DNA from: Methanomassiliicoccaceae archaeon
GTDB lineage: Archaea; Thermoplasmatota; Thermoplasmata; Methanomassiliicoccales; Methanomassiliicoccaceae
Reading direction: 5' to 3'
Length of the DNA stretch: 64,000 bases
Assembly (NCBI GenBank): GCA_963728405.1
Contig: CAVSJV010000004.1
Span: 160,001 to 224,000 of the forward strand
Positions 20,189 through 30,777 of this stretch are shown piece after piece. The position numbers and the translations under genes were made by a program. How positions within the stretch are numbered: the first letter of the stretch is position 1; each line of letters starts with the position of its first letter. Under the pieces are notes generated by a model that had not been told where the DNA came from, ran no database searches, and saw only the letters and a program-made list of their open reading frames with translations.

Positions 20189-20714
20189 ACCGGTCGATAA
20201 TCTGCCGCGGGGCCATATCTATTATCGGACCATCGATCGATTCGGGCGAGACCTTCACCACCAGTACGCCGGAGCTGACCGACCTTAACGCGCCCCTGAA
20301 CCCCTCCCGATCGCTGGCCGTGCCCACCTCACATATGCCGGCCCCCCTCGCTATTGAGGCCAGATCGGCATGGCGGGAGGTGCAGGTGGGCTGACCGCCG
20401 GTCGAGCCATAGACCCCATTGTCGATGATTACCAGGACATAATTGGCCGGGCACTGATCGGCGATCGTGGCAAAAGTGCCCAGATTCATAAGGACCGCCC
20501 CATCACCGTCGATGGCCAGGACCCGCCGGTCCGGCCGGGCGAGAGCCAGGCCGAGGCCGATCGAGGACGCCATGCCCATCGAGCCGAGCATGTAGAACTG
20601 GTTTGGCGAGTCCCTGATGGCATGCAGCTCCCTGGACGGGTCGCCGATGTTGCAGATGATGAGCGAATCGCCGCTCTCCTGGGCGATGATCTCCAGAGCG
20701 TCGGCCCTGCGCAT
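20157..20714 (-). CDS. comE: Sulfopyruvate decarboxylase beta subunit
   Basis: NIGDPSREL, FYMLGSMGMASSIGLG, TPP motif GDGAVLMNLG..DNG.YGSTGGQ. Confidence 0.92.
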   Translation of the reverse strand: MRRADALEIIAQESGDSLIICNIGDPSRELHAIRDSPNQFYMLGSMGMASSIGLGLALARPDRRVLAIDGDGAVLMNLGTFATIADQCPANYVLVIIDNGVYGSTGGQPTCTSRHADLASIARGAGICEVGTASDREGFRGALRSVSSGVLVVKVSPESIDGPIIDMAPRQIIDRFMAECRQPSR

Positions 20715-20715
20715 C

Positions 20716-21234
20716 TCAGGCCCTCCAGAAGTCCAAGTTCAGTAGTACCGCCACTGGTCGGCGGGAGGCGAATGCTCGGTTTGCCGCCCAAATTATCTTT
20801 TCCTCGCCCTGGACCGAGGACGGGCAACAATGCTCGATCCTCAAGGTGTCCAGCAAGGGAACGGTGGCCTGGCCCATGGGGACCTGGGCCGCGATCTTCT
20901 CCCCCTCGGTGCCGCGATGGGACACCACGAGCAACAGGGGTATCTCATAGAGGATATCGAGCGAGACCAGAGCATTGATGCAATTGCCCAATCCGGAGTT
21001 CTGCATCAACAGCGCTGGGCGTTTCCCCCCCATGTACGCTCCCGCGCAAACGCCGACCCCTTCCTCTTCCCGGGTCACTGGCACATGACGGACCTGAGGA
21101 TCGCTGCATATGAGGTCCATGAGGGGGCCCAGCTTGATGCATGGAACACTGGCCACCAGATCGATACGACCTCTTTTTAGACCCCGATACACCACATCGC
21201 CATTGACAGGAGTTCCCAGCGTTCTATGGCCCAT
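20716..21234 (-). CDS. comD: Sulfopyruvate decarboxylase alpha subunit
   Basis: SVPC, TREEEGVGVCAGA, LMQNSGLGN, SHRG..GE.I.AQVPMG; start overlaps the upstream stop (TGATG). Confidence 0.92.
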   Translation of the reverse strand: MGHRTLGTPVNGDVVYRGLKRGRIDLVASVPCIKLGPLMDLICSDPQVRHVPVTREEEGVGVCAGAYMGGKRPALLMQNSGLGNCINALVSLDILYEIPLLLVVSHRGTEGEKIAAQVPMGQATVPLLDTLRIEHCCPSSVQGEEKIIWAANRAFASRRPVAVLLNLDFWRA

Positions 21235-21857
21235 CAGTAAACCTTCAGATCGATGCCTTCGATTCGTACCTGGTCGCCCTCGGAGCGGACCACTACTCCG
21301 GAATGGACCTTCTGCATCATGCATTGATGAGGTATGAACCTCACGGTCTCCCCTATCTCCAGTATCCTATCATTGAGGATCACCCCCTCGAACGCCGCAA
21401 CCATGCATATCCCTAGTTCGAGGGGGCGATAGTCGGCGTCTCCCAGTCGGCCCAACGGGCCGGTCAGATGAACTGTGAGGACGGAATGCTCTACCTTAAG
21501 GACCCTAGCATAGTGAACGACGGGGCAGCCCAGGGGACGATAGGTGATGAGGTCTCCGGCCGTCACATCGACCTCGCGATCGAAGGGATAGAGGTCCTCT
21601 CGGCAGGTCGGTTCTCCGGGCAAGGGGGCAAGGAGGACATCTCCGCTCATACCTCCTACCAAGCCAGGGAACGATACGGGAGGCCCACTGAACACTGCTT
21701 CCTGGAGCTCTGCCCGATTGGCAGCATAGCGTTCTTGGCCCATCAAGGGGCATTCATCGACATCTCCACCTTCTCTGAGGTGGGCGGCAAAAGCGCGGCA
21801 GGTGGGCCGACCGCACCGCCCACAGTTGTATCCAGGTAACAGCTTGAGAACGTCCAA
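21234..21857 (-). CDS. Fe-S-binding protein
   Basis: LPGYNCGRCGRPTC..CP FeS domain; YRPLGCP, CMMQKVHSG. Confidence 0.85.
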   Translation of the reverse strand: MDVLKLLPGYNCGRCGRPTCRAFAAHLREGGDVDECPLMGQERYAANRAELQEAVFSGPPVSFPGLVGGMSGDVLLAPLPGEPTCREDLYPFDREVDVTAGDLITYRPLGCPVVHYARVLKVEHSVLTVHLTGPLGRLGDADYRPLELGICMVAAFEGVILNDRILEIGETVRFIPHQCMMQKVHSGVVVRSEGDQVRIEGIDLKVY

Positions 21858-21860
21858 GGC

Positions 21861-22559
21861 TCATTCCCCCGTGTAGAACACGGAACCCTCGATGTGCCGG
21901 AGGACGCCGCGATGATGTCTCCGGGCCACCCGGGTCTCCCCACCGCACAAGGTGCACACCGCAAGTGGGGGCGTGTGTCGCAGGTGCATGTCCTCATTGA
22001 CCTCAATAGATGATGAGATAACGTTGGCCAGTTCTGCTGAACCTTTGCCAGTGAGCCCATTGGCCTCGATCAACGCACAGGATGGGTTCACCTCGAGGAC
22101 TCGTTCCCTGAACACCTCCCTTTCAGCCTGAGAGACCATATCGCCCTTGGTGACCACGACGACATCCGCCGTCGTGATCATCGGCCCGATCTTCAGCGGC
22201 GTATTAGGTCCGGTGGTGACATCTATCACGCAAGTGGCCAAACAACGGTCGGGATAGGGAGCGCATCGAAGGCATAACCCGGCGGTCTCTACCAGGAGCA
22301 GATCCGAATCAACGGACCGAGCCCAATCCATCATCCCCTCTGTGTTGTAGATGGCGAAGTGGTCGGGACACATGTCCCGAGCGAGGGCGATCTTGACCGG
22401 TACTCCCAGTTTGTCCAGCCTTCTCTCATCGTCCGTCCAAAGGCAATCGACCTTGACCAGGGCCGGCCGTTGCCCCTTCTCCTTTAATATGCTGGCCACT
22501 GCGCTCAGGACCGAGGTCTTTCCTGAACCGGGTGTCCCAGCAAAGATCACCATCCTCAT
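21861..22559 (-). CDS. CobW/HypB/UreG-like (G3E) GTPase
   Basis: [29 protein letters not shown]; C-terminal CTLC. Confidence 0.88.
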   Translation of the reverse strand: MRMVIFAGTPGSGKTSVLSAVASILKEKGQRPALVKVDCLWTDDERRLDKLGVPVKIALARDMCPDHFAIYNTEGMMDWARSVDSDLLLVETAGLCLRCAPYPDRCLATCVIDVTTGPNTPLKIGPMITTADVVVVTKGDMVSQAEREVFRERVLEVNPSCALIEANGLTGKGSAELANVISSSIEVNEDMHLRHTPPLAVCTLCGGETRVARRHHRGVLRHIEGSVFYTGE

Positions 22560-23315
22560 GCTGGGTTCACCACACCGCCATCACGGATCGTTTCTCGTAA
22601 GGAGAGCAGCCAATCATCGATAGTGGCCAATCGTGAACAGACCTCTGCCTCCTCGGCAGTTCGCCTGACCACGCGGCGCATGCCTCCTCCGGCCATTATC
22701 ACCCGCCGTGTAGCCAGTAGCGCCAGGAGGGGGTCGTGGGTCACGACCACTACGATCTTGCCACTGCCGGCAAGCAGCCCGAGCGCCTCCCTCTTACGGA
22801 TACCCGCATTCTCGATCTCATCGATCAATACGATGGGGGAATCGGAGATAATGGCAATGTCCGCGGCCATGAGCGCCCTGGACTGCCCTCCGCTTAGGGC
22901 GGTGAGATGACAGCCCATGGCGACCTCCTCGCCGGTCAGCATGTTTGCTGCCTCCACGACCTTAGGTACGAGGGATGCATCCTTTCCCCTGCTCTTCGCA
23001 TGCATGATCAGGAACTCCTGGACGTTCATGTCGGCAAGGAAGTGCATGTTCTGAGACAGCTGGGCCACTGGCTTGTTCCGTGGATCGAAGCGGACAGTCC
23101 AAGCTCTGGAGCTGGCCGTTAAGCATGATCCTGCGGCGAGTGGGCGTATCGCCTATGCTCATCTGCTCGATGTCGCTGATGAGGGTGGTCTTGCCAGAGC
23201 CGGTCGGACCGACTATGCTCACGACCTCCCCCGATCGCAGGATCAATCGGTCCACTTCTTCCTTTTCGCCCTTCCGATCAACGCCACCCTGTACGATCAG
23301 CTCCATACTCGTCAT
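22556..23315 (-). CDS. Soluble ABC-type ATPase (frameshift near 23100)
   Basis: [34 protein letters not shown]; no permease gene nearby. Confidence 0.85.
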
Positions 23316-24553
23316 GCTATCACCAAAAGTTCGCGAATCTGTCCTAATAGCTCCTCTGATCCTTGGTCCGGAGCTATCACCAGGTCTTTCTTGACCTGGT
23401 TGATGATGTGCTCTTCCCCTAACCGGGCCATTCCGCCTCCGGTGATGTTTAGGACACAGCGGTCCAGGGCTCCCACACGACCATCGTCAACAGCCTTGAG
23501 CAGAGCGGCCACCGCCACCGCTGGAGCAGGAAGAATGTCGATGTCTTCCGAACCCTCGAACAACTTTTTGGCCTCCTCGGCCTCCCCATTGGTCACGCCC
23601 ACTACCTCCCCACTGGTCGCATCAAGGGCCTCACCCACCCCCCCTTGCACACCATAGGGGGGCCGGCGGTTGAACAGCACATCGTCGTAGACCCCCTTGG
23701 GACAGCTTATGGGATAGTTACCTCCGACCCTGGCGTGATAGAGGGGGGCACAGGGGATGCTCTGGGCCAGGTGAAGGATCGGCAGGACCGTACCGAAACG
23801 ACCGTCGGCCAATAGGCGGATGGAGGCCTCATAGGCACTAATTCCCCCCGTACCGCTTCCCACGGCCTGGAAATAATGTCTCGGGAGGGCACCCTGGGCC
23901 AGGGTTGCATCGAGCATGACCGTCCCCATGCCGTCCCGACGGGCGACGTTCCTCGCTCCGCCCTCAGGAACAAAGCCTGGATGACCTGCAAGCGCATCGG
24001 CGACCCGGATCGCATCGTAGTAATCGCCCTCGACGGCGATGACCAGCACACCTTTGCGCTCGATGTCGGGGATCCAGATACGGTCCTGGGAACTTGTCGG
24101 AATGACGATGACGGCCTTAGCCCCTACAAGGGAGGAGACGTAGGCGAATGCTCTGCCAGTGTTCCCGGCCGAGGCCACTACGATCGCCTCCTTGCTCCCC
24201 CTTTCCCTCATCCTCCGCATCGTGGGCAGGGCCTCGAGCTCCTTGAAGCTACAGGTCAGCATATCTGCCCGTCGCTCCGGCCAGTAACCATTGAATGTGA
24301 TATACAGCTCCTTGAGCCCGATCTCCCTGGACAAGCCTTCGCTCTTGTAGGTCATGGGTCCGCTGCTGACCTCCTGCAGAGCGCCGGTCACAGGAAGCCA
24401 ATCGAGGAATCGCCAAATCCCCGGAAGGGGCTGAAGTACCAATCTTCTCTCTGAGTATTCGGTCCGGAGCAGGGAATCATCCTGGGAGCAAGCCAGAGCG
24501 TAAGGGTCTTGGAGATGACCGCACTTGGAGCAAATGACACGATATTCACCCAT
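23312..24553 (-). CDS. Cysteate synthase (threonine synthase family)
   Basis: GYWPE...TCSFKELEA, ASAGNT, EGGARNVARRDGMGTV, QAVGSGTG, LNITGGG. Confidence 0.9.
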   Translation of the reverse strand: MGEYRVICSKCGHLQDPYALACSQDDSLLRTEYSERRLVLQPLPGIWRFLDWLPVTGALQEVSSGPMTYKSEGLSREIGLKELYITFNGYWPERRADMLTCSFKELEALPTMRRMRERGSKEAIVVASAGNTGRAFAYVSSLVGAKAVIVIPTSSQDRIWIPDIERKGVLVIAVEGDYYDAIRVADALAGHPGFVPEGGARNVARRDGMGTVMLDATLAQGALPRHYFQAVGSGTGGISAYEASIRLLADGRFGTVLPILHLAQSIPCAPLYHARVGGNYPISCPKGVYDDVLFNRRPPYGVQGGVGEALDATSGEVVGVTNGEAEEAKKLFEGSEDIDILPAPAVAVAALLKAVDDGRVGALDRCVLNITGGGMARLGEEHIINQVKKDLVIAPDQGSEELLGQIRELLVIA

Positions 24554-24587
24554 TTTCCTTCCCTCACAAAGGCACGGGAAGTTCATC

Positions 24588-24653
24588 TATTTATACCGTC
24601 ATTAACCCATTTAGGTAAATTTTCCTGCTAATTGATGCATTATTCCAAATAAT
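24588..24653 (-). promoter_or_regulatory. Promoter of the cysteate synthase operon with upstream inverted repeats
   Basis: GTATAAATA TATA box at 24596-24588; imperfect palindromes at 24602-24619 and 24639-24653. Confidence 0.45.
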
Positions 24654-24773
24654 CGGAAAGATGTGCCAGATAGCTGTAAAAGTAGCCTGGAAAGGGAGAG
24701 GCCCGGAAATGATGGATCTCCGGGGGTGGGACGACTCGCCGGATCGTGGTTCGGACACCCACCTGATGCAGGC

Positions 24774-25889
24774 TCATCCGGCCGAGCGTACGAGTTCGGC
24801 TATGGCATCCCCGGCCTGCTGGGTGTTGAGGCTCCCACCCATGTCCGCGGTGACCTGCTTCTGGTGCATGGCGCGCTTGACCGCGAACTCGATCTGTTTG
24901 CCAAGGTCCGGCCTGCCCAGCTGGTCGATCATCATCTTGGCCGCGAGGATCGCCGCGATGGGGTTGGCCTTCCCCTGCCCGGCGATGTCGGGCGCGGAGC
25001 CGTGCACCGGCTCGAACATCGAGACGCCCTGGGGGTTGATGTTGCCTGAGGCCGCCACACCCAGCCCGCCCATGATCTCCGCGCCGATGTCGGTCAGGAT
25101 GTCCCCGAACATGTTGGGGCACGCCACGATGCCAAAACGCTCTGGAGCGCGGACCAGGGCCATGGCCATGGCGTCGACATACATGTACTCCACCGGGATG
25201 CCGTGCTGCTTGGACCGGGCATTGAACACTTCTCTCCACAGGCCGTAAAGGGAGGTGCAGACGTTGGCCTTGTCCACCGCGGTCACCTTCTCCTTGCCCA
25301 TCCTCCTAGCCAGTTCGAAAGAGTAATCGGCGAACCGCTCGATGCCTTTGCGGGACATCATGCCCACCTCGAACGCGAAATCGTCGGAGGAGGTGGACCG
25401 CTCCGATACCGTGAGATCCATGGTATAAAGCTCCCTCGTCAGCTGGAGCGATACCTCGGCGTTGGTACCCTTGAGCACGCCGCCGGCACCCATGTAGAAG
25501 TCCTCGGTATTCTCCCTCAGGAAGACGATGTCGAAATTCTTCTCCGACTTGAGCGGAGTGTAGGGATGCCAGGCCTTGGACGGCCGCAGATTGATGTACT
25601 GATCGAAGGTCGTCCGCATCTTGATCAGGATACCTTTCTCCAGCACTCCCGGGGCCACCCGGGGGTCGCCGATCGCACCGAAGTATACCGCCTGGTGCTT
25701 TCCAATGAAGGCGATGTCCTCATCGGTGAGCAGCTCGCCGGTCCTCAGATAGCGGTCCGAGCCCAGGCCCATGTAGTCTAGTTCAAGGTCGACATGTTCT
25801 ACCTCGGCCAGGGCGCGCAGGACCTTGACGCCTTCCGCGATCACCTCCTTGCCGATGCCATCCCCTGGGGCCACGGCTATTTTGTACAT
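24774..25889 (-). CDS. leuB: 3-isopropylmalate dehydrogenase
   Basis: GDGIGKEV, RENTED, NMFGDILTD, SMFEPVHGSAPDIAG; in an operon with leuA/C/D (aksF-type specificity not excluded). Confidence 0.82.
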   Translation of the reverse strand: MYKIAVAPGDGIGKEVIAEGVKVLRALAEVEHVDLELDYMGLGSDRYLRTGELLTDEDIAFIGKHQAVYFGAIGDPRVAPGVLEKGILIKMRTTFDQYINLRPSKAWHPYTPLKSEKNFDIVFLRENTEDFYMGAGGVLKGTNAEVSLQLTRELYTMDLTVSERSTSSDDFAFEVGMMSRKGIERFADYSFELARRMGKEKVTAVDKANVCTSLYGLWREVFNARSKQHGIPVEYMYVDAMAMALVRAPERFGIVACPNMFGDILTDIGAEIMGGLGVAASGNINPQGVSMFEPVHGSAPDIAGQGKANPIAAILAAKMMIDQLGRPDLGKQIEFAVKRAMHQKQVTADMGGSLNTQQAGDAIAELVRSAG

Positions 25890-26371
25890 TTCTTGGCCTC
25901 CTTGATGCGGGCCATCAGGCCGCCCGACCGGATAAGGTCCTTGACGTACTGAGGATATTGCGGGAAGGTCCAGGACATCCCGGAGGTCTCGTTCTTGACC
26001 AGGCCCTGGTCCACATCCACCGAGAGAATGTCACCTTCGTTGGCCTCGACCTTGCATTCAACGAGAACGAGGCCGATGTTGATCGAATTGCGGTAGAAGA
26101 TTCGGGCGAAGCTCTCCGCGATCACGCAGTCCACCCCCGCTTGCCGTATCGAACGGGGAGCATGTTCGCGAGAGGATCCACACCCGAAGTTCTTGCCGGC
26201 GATGATGATATCGCCTTTCTTTACAGATCTGGCCATTTCCGGGCGTACCCGCTCGAAGAGGAAATCCCCCAGGCAGTTGTTGTTCTGGCTGATGAGCCGG
26301 TCCGCCGGTATGATCTGATCGGTGTCCACATGGTCACCGAACTTCCATGCCTTTCCCTTGAAATTGTCCAT
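25877..26371 (-). CDS. leuD: 3-isopropylmalate dehydratase small subunit
   Basis: DTDQIIP, NFGCGSSREHAP, SFARIFYRN. Confidence 0.85.
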   Translation of the reverse strand: MDNFKGKAWKFGDHVDTDQIIPADRLISQNNNCLGDFLFERVRPEMARSVKKGDIIIAGKNFGCGSSREHAPRSIRQAGVDCVIAESFARIFYRNSINIGLVLVECKVEANEGDILSVDVDQGLVKNETSGMSWTFPQYPQYVKDLIRSGGLMARIKEAKKCTK

Positions 26372-26380
26372 GTGATCACC

Positions 26381-27628
26381 TCACTCCGGAGCGACGATAC
26401 GACCGGCGATGGCGCTCGCCGCCACTACTGCCGGGCCAGCCAGGTACACCTCAGAGTCCTTGTGCCCCATGCGGCCTATGAAGTTGCGGTTGGTGCTCGA
26501 TATGCATCTCTCCCCCTTGGCCAGCACGCCCATGTGCCCGCCCAGGCAGGCCGCGCAGGTCGGCCCCGATACGAAGGCGCCGGCCCTCACGAATTCGGCC
26601 AGGAGGCCTTCGCTCATCGCCTGCTCGTACACCTGGGTGGAAGCTGGAACGACGATCATACGCACGTCCTTGTGCACCTTCTTTCCCCTGATCACTTGCA
26701 CCGCGACCCGAAGGTCCTCGATGCGGCCGTTGGTGCATGAGCCCAGGAAGGCCTGGTCGATGGTTACATCGACCTCGCTCGCCACCTTCCCGTTGCTGGG
26801 CAGATGGGGCATCGCCACCATGTAGTCGATCTTCCCAAGATCGTAGTCCAGGGTCTTCCAGTAATGAGCACTCATATCGGCGGCCACCGGCTGGTAGGCG
26901 CCGCGCACCCGGCCCTTGAGGAAAGCCTCCGTTGCCGAGTCACACGGGAAGATGCCGGCCTTTCCACCGGCCTCGATGGCCATATTGCTGACCGTCAGGC
27001 GGTCGGAGACCGTCACGTTCGATACTCCCGCACCGGAGAACTCGAATGCCTTGTAGTTCGCCCCGTCCACGCCAATGTCGGTGATGATCTTGACGATGAG
27101 GTCCTTCCCGGACACCATCTTGTTGAACTTTCCGGTTAGACGAACGTTGATCGCCTCCGGCACCTTGAACCACAGCTTGCCTTCCGCGAAGCAGGCCGCC
27201 GCCTCGGTGCTCCCGATGCCGGTGGAGAACGCATTGATACCTCCGTAGGTGCATGTATGCGAATCGGCGCCGACGATCAGGCGGCCAGGGGCCGCGTACC
27301 CTTCGTCGACCATGACCTGGTGGCAGACCCCGCCGCGTCCGACCTCAAAATAGTTGGGGATCTTGTACTTCTGGACGAACCGGCGCATCTCTGCGGCCTG
27401 CTCGGCCGAGGCGACGTCCTTGTTGGGAACGAAATGGTCCGGTATGAGGACGATCTTCTCCCGCACCGGTTCACAGCCCAGGGCCTCGAACTCCTGGAAC
27501 GCCAGGGGCGCCGTCACATCGTTGGCCATGACATAGTCGATCTCCGCCTCGACGATCTGGCCAGCATGGGCGTCCGTGCCGGAGTGGGAGGACATGATCT
27601 TCTCTGAGATTGTCTTCGCGTTTGACAT
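26381..27628 (-). CDS. leuC: 3-isopropylmalate dehydratase large subunit
   Basis: GADSHTCTYG, GSCTNGRIEDL, CAACLG, STNRNF.GR; start MSNAKTISEK at 27628. Confidence 0.87.
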   Translation of the reverse strand: MSNAKTISEKIMSSHSGTDAHAGQIVEAEIDYVMANDVTAPLAFQEFEALGCEPVREKIVLIPDHFVPNKDVASAEQAAEMRRFVQKYKIPNYFEVGRGGVCHQVMVDEGYAAPGRLIVGADSHTCTYGGINAFSTGIGSTEAAACFAEGKLWFKVPEAINVRLTGKFNKMVSGKDLIVKIITDIGVDGANYKAFEFSGAGVSNVTVSDRLTVSNMAIEAGGKAGIFPCDSATEAFLKGRVRGAYQPVAADMSAHYWKTLDYDLGKIDYMVAMPHLPSNGKVASEVDVTIDQAFLGSCTNGRIEDLRVAVQVIRGKKVHKDVRMIVVPASTQVYEQAMSEGLLAEFVRAGAFVSGPTCAACLGGHMGVLAKGERCISSTNRNFIGRMGHKDSEVYLAGPAVVAASAIAGRIVAPE

Positions 27629-27633
27629 CGAAA

Positions 27634-29229
27634 TTACTCCTTCTTGCGGCAGTACAGACGGTCCAGCGCCTCCATGGTGGCGTCCACGCTGGTCTGGACG
27701 ATGTCCGTTCCGACCGCCTTGCCGATGGACATGGTCCTCTTGCCGCCGTTCCTGGCCACCCGGACGGTCACCTCGCACAGCGAATCGCTCCCACCAGTGA
27801 TGGCACTGAGGCGATATTCATCCAGGGATATGTCATTACCCATCACCGACTTGATGGCGTTGATGGCCGCGTCCACCGGCCCTATGCCCGTGGATGTCCC
27901 GGTCTTCTTCTCCCCGTTCACCTCTATGGAGACCACCGCGGTCGGAGTGGTGTGAATGCCAGTGAACACCGCGAACTCCTTCAGCTTGACATTGCGGGCC
28001 TCACGCTGCCCGACGATATGGGAAGCCAGCGCCACGAGCTCGGCGTCGTCGACGTCCTTGCCACTGTCGGCGAGCTTCTTGATCTTGTCTACGACGGTGG
28101 CGATCTGCGCGTCGGTCAGCTCTACGCCATACTCATCCAGCTTGTCCTTTACCGAGTGGGTCCCAGAATGCTTGCCGATGATGATGTTTCTCTGAACGCC
28201 CACGAGCTCGGGGCCGAACGCCTCGTACGTGGAGGGATCGCCAAGAACCCCGTGGACATGGATCCCCGACTCGTGAGCGAAAGCATTGTTGCCGACTATG
28301 GCCTTGTTGGCCGGAATGACCACGCCAGTCAGGCGGCTCACCAGGCGAGAGGTCGGTCCGATCTTACGGGTGTCTATGGATGTCTGTATGTTGTAGAACG
28401 CCATCAGCGCCAGGACCGTTTCCTCCAGCGCGGCGTTCCCGGCCCGCTCCCCCAGCCCGTTGATGGTGACATGCACCTGCTGCGCTCCCTGCCGCACCGC
28501 GGCCATGGAGTTGGCGACCGCCAGTCCGAAATCATCGTGGCAGTGCACCGCGATGGGTACCTTGGTCACGGTCATCAGTTCCCCGATTAGATATTCCATG
28601 GCCGGCGGGGAGATGGTCCCTACCGTGTCGGGGACATTGATCTTGTCCACCTTGGCCTCCTGTACTGCCAGATGCATCTCCTTGAGGAACCCGAGATCGG
28701 TCCTCGTGGCGTCCTCGCAGGAAAACTCAACCGTTACGCCTCGGGACTTGGCGTATTCGATGGACTCGATGGCGCGGGCCTTCACCTCGGGCCGGGTCAT
28801 CTTCAGCTTATGTTGGAGATGGATGTCCGATGTTGCTATGAACATGTGTATGTAGTCTAGGCCGCAATCGACCGAAGCGTCGATGTCCTTCTTGCTGCAG
28901 CGGGCCAGTCCGCAGATGCGGGACTGGAGGCCAAGGGCGACGATCTTCTTGATGGCATCCATCTCTCCGTGTGATGATGCGGGGAAGCCGGCCTCGATGA
29001 CGTCCACTCCTAGATCGTCCAGGGCCTGCGCTATCCTGATCTTGTCATCTACCGACAGCGCGATACCCGGCGTCTGCTCTCCGTCGCGGAGGGTCGTGTC
29101 GAATATCATGACCTTCGCGGGGATCGTATCGATTAACGCGTAGGAATTGAACTGGCTGGTGTACACTCTCTTTCGGTCCAGCGGGGGACGGGTTGATATG
29201 GATTGCTCTGTAGCACTTCGGTCGACCAT
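27634..29229 (-). CDS. leuA: 2-isopropylmalate synthase (LeuA/CimA family)
   Basis: DTTLRDGEQTPG, HMFIATSDIH, HCHDDFG, GERAGNAALEE, C-terminal allosteric domain (GIGPVDA). Confidence 0.8.
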   Translation of the reverse strand: MVDRSATEQSISTRPPLDRKRVYTSQFNSYALIDTIPAKVMIFDTTLRDGEQTPGIALSVDDKIRIAQALDDLGVDVIEAGFPASSHGEMDAIKKIVALGLQSRICGLARCSKKDIDASVDCGLDYIHMFIATSDIHLQHKLKMTRPEVKARAIESIEYAKSRGVTVEFSCEDATRTDLGFLKEMHLAVQEAKVDKINVPDTVGTISPPAMEYLIGELMTVTKVPIAVHCHDDFGLAVANSMAAVRQGAQQVHVTINGLGERAGNAALEETVLALMAFYNIQTSIDTRKIGPTSRLVSRLTGVVIPANKAIVGNNAFAHESGIHVHGVLGDPSTYEAFGPELVGVQRNIIIGKHSGTHSVKDKLDEYGVELTDAQIATVVDKIKKLADSGKDVDDAELVALASHIVGQREARNVKLKEFAVFTGIHTTPTAVVSIEVNGEKKTGTSTGIGPVDAAINAIKSVMGNDISLDEYRLSAITGGSDSLCEVTVRVARNGGKRTMSIGKAVGTDIVQTSVDATMEALDRLYCRKKE

Positions 29230-29462
29230 AAGAATCGCCTCGGGTAGCCCAGGATAAAGCAATGCGTCTAATACTCACGCAAAATCAATGCCACTTTTAT
29301 GGCTATGATGCACATTGCTTGGGCCTCGATCACGGCAGTTGTGTAAAATGGTTCGCAATATTTAATCTTTCCATTTGTCGCGAACCCTCCATCGGGCCAT
29401 CTCCCATGAACCCTGGCCCATCAGCACAACAACTGGCGAGCATATGGTGGCAAGGCCGCATC

Positions 29463-30092
29463 TCAGACCCCACGCTTCTCTCCCCAGATCAACTTGTGAA
29501 GCTGGGGAAGCACCCGGACGAACATCTTGTCGTGGAGCACCCAATCTGCCAGCTCTTTGAGGTCGGCCCCCCCCACCGGGGTCATGATGATCGGCGCGTT
29601 GATCTCGTGCTCCCTCAGCATCTTGATGGCGAAGAGATAGTCCACCCGGTCAGCTATGATGAACTTCAGCTGATCACGGGGGGACAGGAACTCCAGATTG
29701 TCGTATACGATCTTATCGCTCATGCCCGAGCTGGGGCACTTGACATCCATGGAGATCAGAACATCTTCCGAATTTGGAATGCGGTCCAGGGGGATCGAGC
29801 CATTGGTCTCGATGGTGACATGGTAACTGTTGTCCAGCAGGGTCTCGATCAGCTTGTAGATGTCTGCCTGTAGCAAAGGTTCTCCGCCAGTCAGACAGAT
29901 GAAGGGCGTGTCGAAGCTCTCGACCTTGTCGAAGATCTGATCGATGGACATTTCGATCCCGCCCTCACGCGCATACTTGGTGTCGCACCACGAGCAATCG
30001 AGGTTGCAGCCCACGAAGCGGACGAAGGTGGTCGGCGTGCCCATGAGCACGCCCTCGCCCTGCAGCGAGAAGAAGATCTCCGAGACCATCAT
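29463..30092 (-). CDS. queE: 7-carboxy-7-deazaguanine synthase (radical SAM)
   Basis: EIFFSLQGEG, GCNLDCSWCDTKYA, TGGEPLLQ, PQLHK. Confidence 0.93.
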   Translation of the reverse strand: MMVSEIFFSLQGEGVLMGTPTTFVRFVGCNLDCSWCDTKYAREGGIEMSIDQIFDKVESFDTPFICLTGGEPLLQADIYKLIETLLDNSYHVTIETNGSIPLDRIPNSEDVLISMDVKCPSSGMSDKIVYDNLEFLSPRDQLKFIIADRVDYLFAIKMLREHEINAPIIMTPVGGADLKELADWVLHDKMFVRVLPQLHKLIWGEKRGV

Positions 30093-30777
30093 CGGCGACC
30101 CTCGTAGGGAACGGGGTCGGAGCATCCAGCGTCCTGGAAGCCCTTCAGGCGCAGGAGGCAAGAATCACACTGCCCACAGGCCTTATCGCCGCCGTTGTAG
30201 CAGGACCAGGTCAGGTGGAGCGGGGCATCGAGCTGCTTGCCCAGCTTGACGATCTCGGCCTTGCTCATCCTTAGGATGGGGGCCTCGACCCTGATCGGCT
30301 TTCCCTCAACTCCGGCCTTGGTCCCTACTCTCAGCACTTCTTGGAAGGCCTCGAAGAACTCCGGGCGGCAATCTGGGTATCCGGAATAATCGATGGCATT
30401 GGCACCTATGAAGATGGAATCCGCACCCTCCGTCTCTGCCAGCCCGGCCGCAAGGCTGAGCATTATGATGTTCCTCGCTGGAACATGCACGTCACCGGGA
30501 TCTTGTCGCCGATGCCTTCGACCGACGTATGCTGTGGCACTGACACGTCCCATGAGGTCAGGGCGCTCTTACGAAGGAAGCTGAGGTCCAGGTCCAAGGT
30601 GACGTGCTTCCTGAGACGGTAGTGCTCGGCCACGGCCCTGGCGGAGCGCAGCTCGCGGGAATGCCGCTGCCCGTAACCGATGGTCAGCGGTATCACCTTA
30701 TAACCCTTGGAGAGTGCGTAGGCCAAGGTGGTGGTCGAGTCCAGACCGCCCGATAATAGCACGACGGCCTTGCTCAT
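30089..30777 (-). CDS. queC: 7-cyano-7-deazaguanine synthase (2-nt insertion near 30490)
   Basis: LLSGGLDS, YGQRH..E, (TY)VPARN, DYSGYPDCRPEF, TWSCY..CGQCDSC. Confidence 0.92.

Noticed and set aside
24700-24770. ATGATGG...CTGA as a possible C/D-box sRNA
   Set aside because: Imperfect C box buried in a hairpin and no C'/D' pair; better explained as hairpins at the 3' end of the leu operon.
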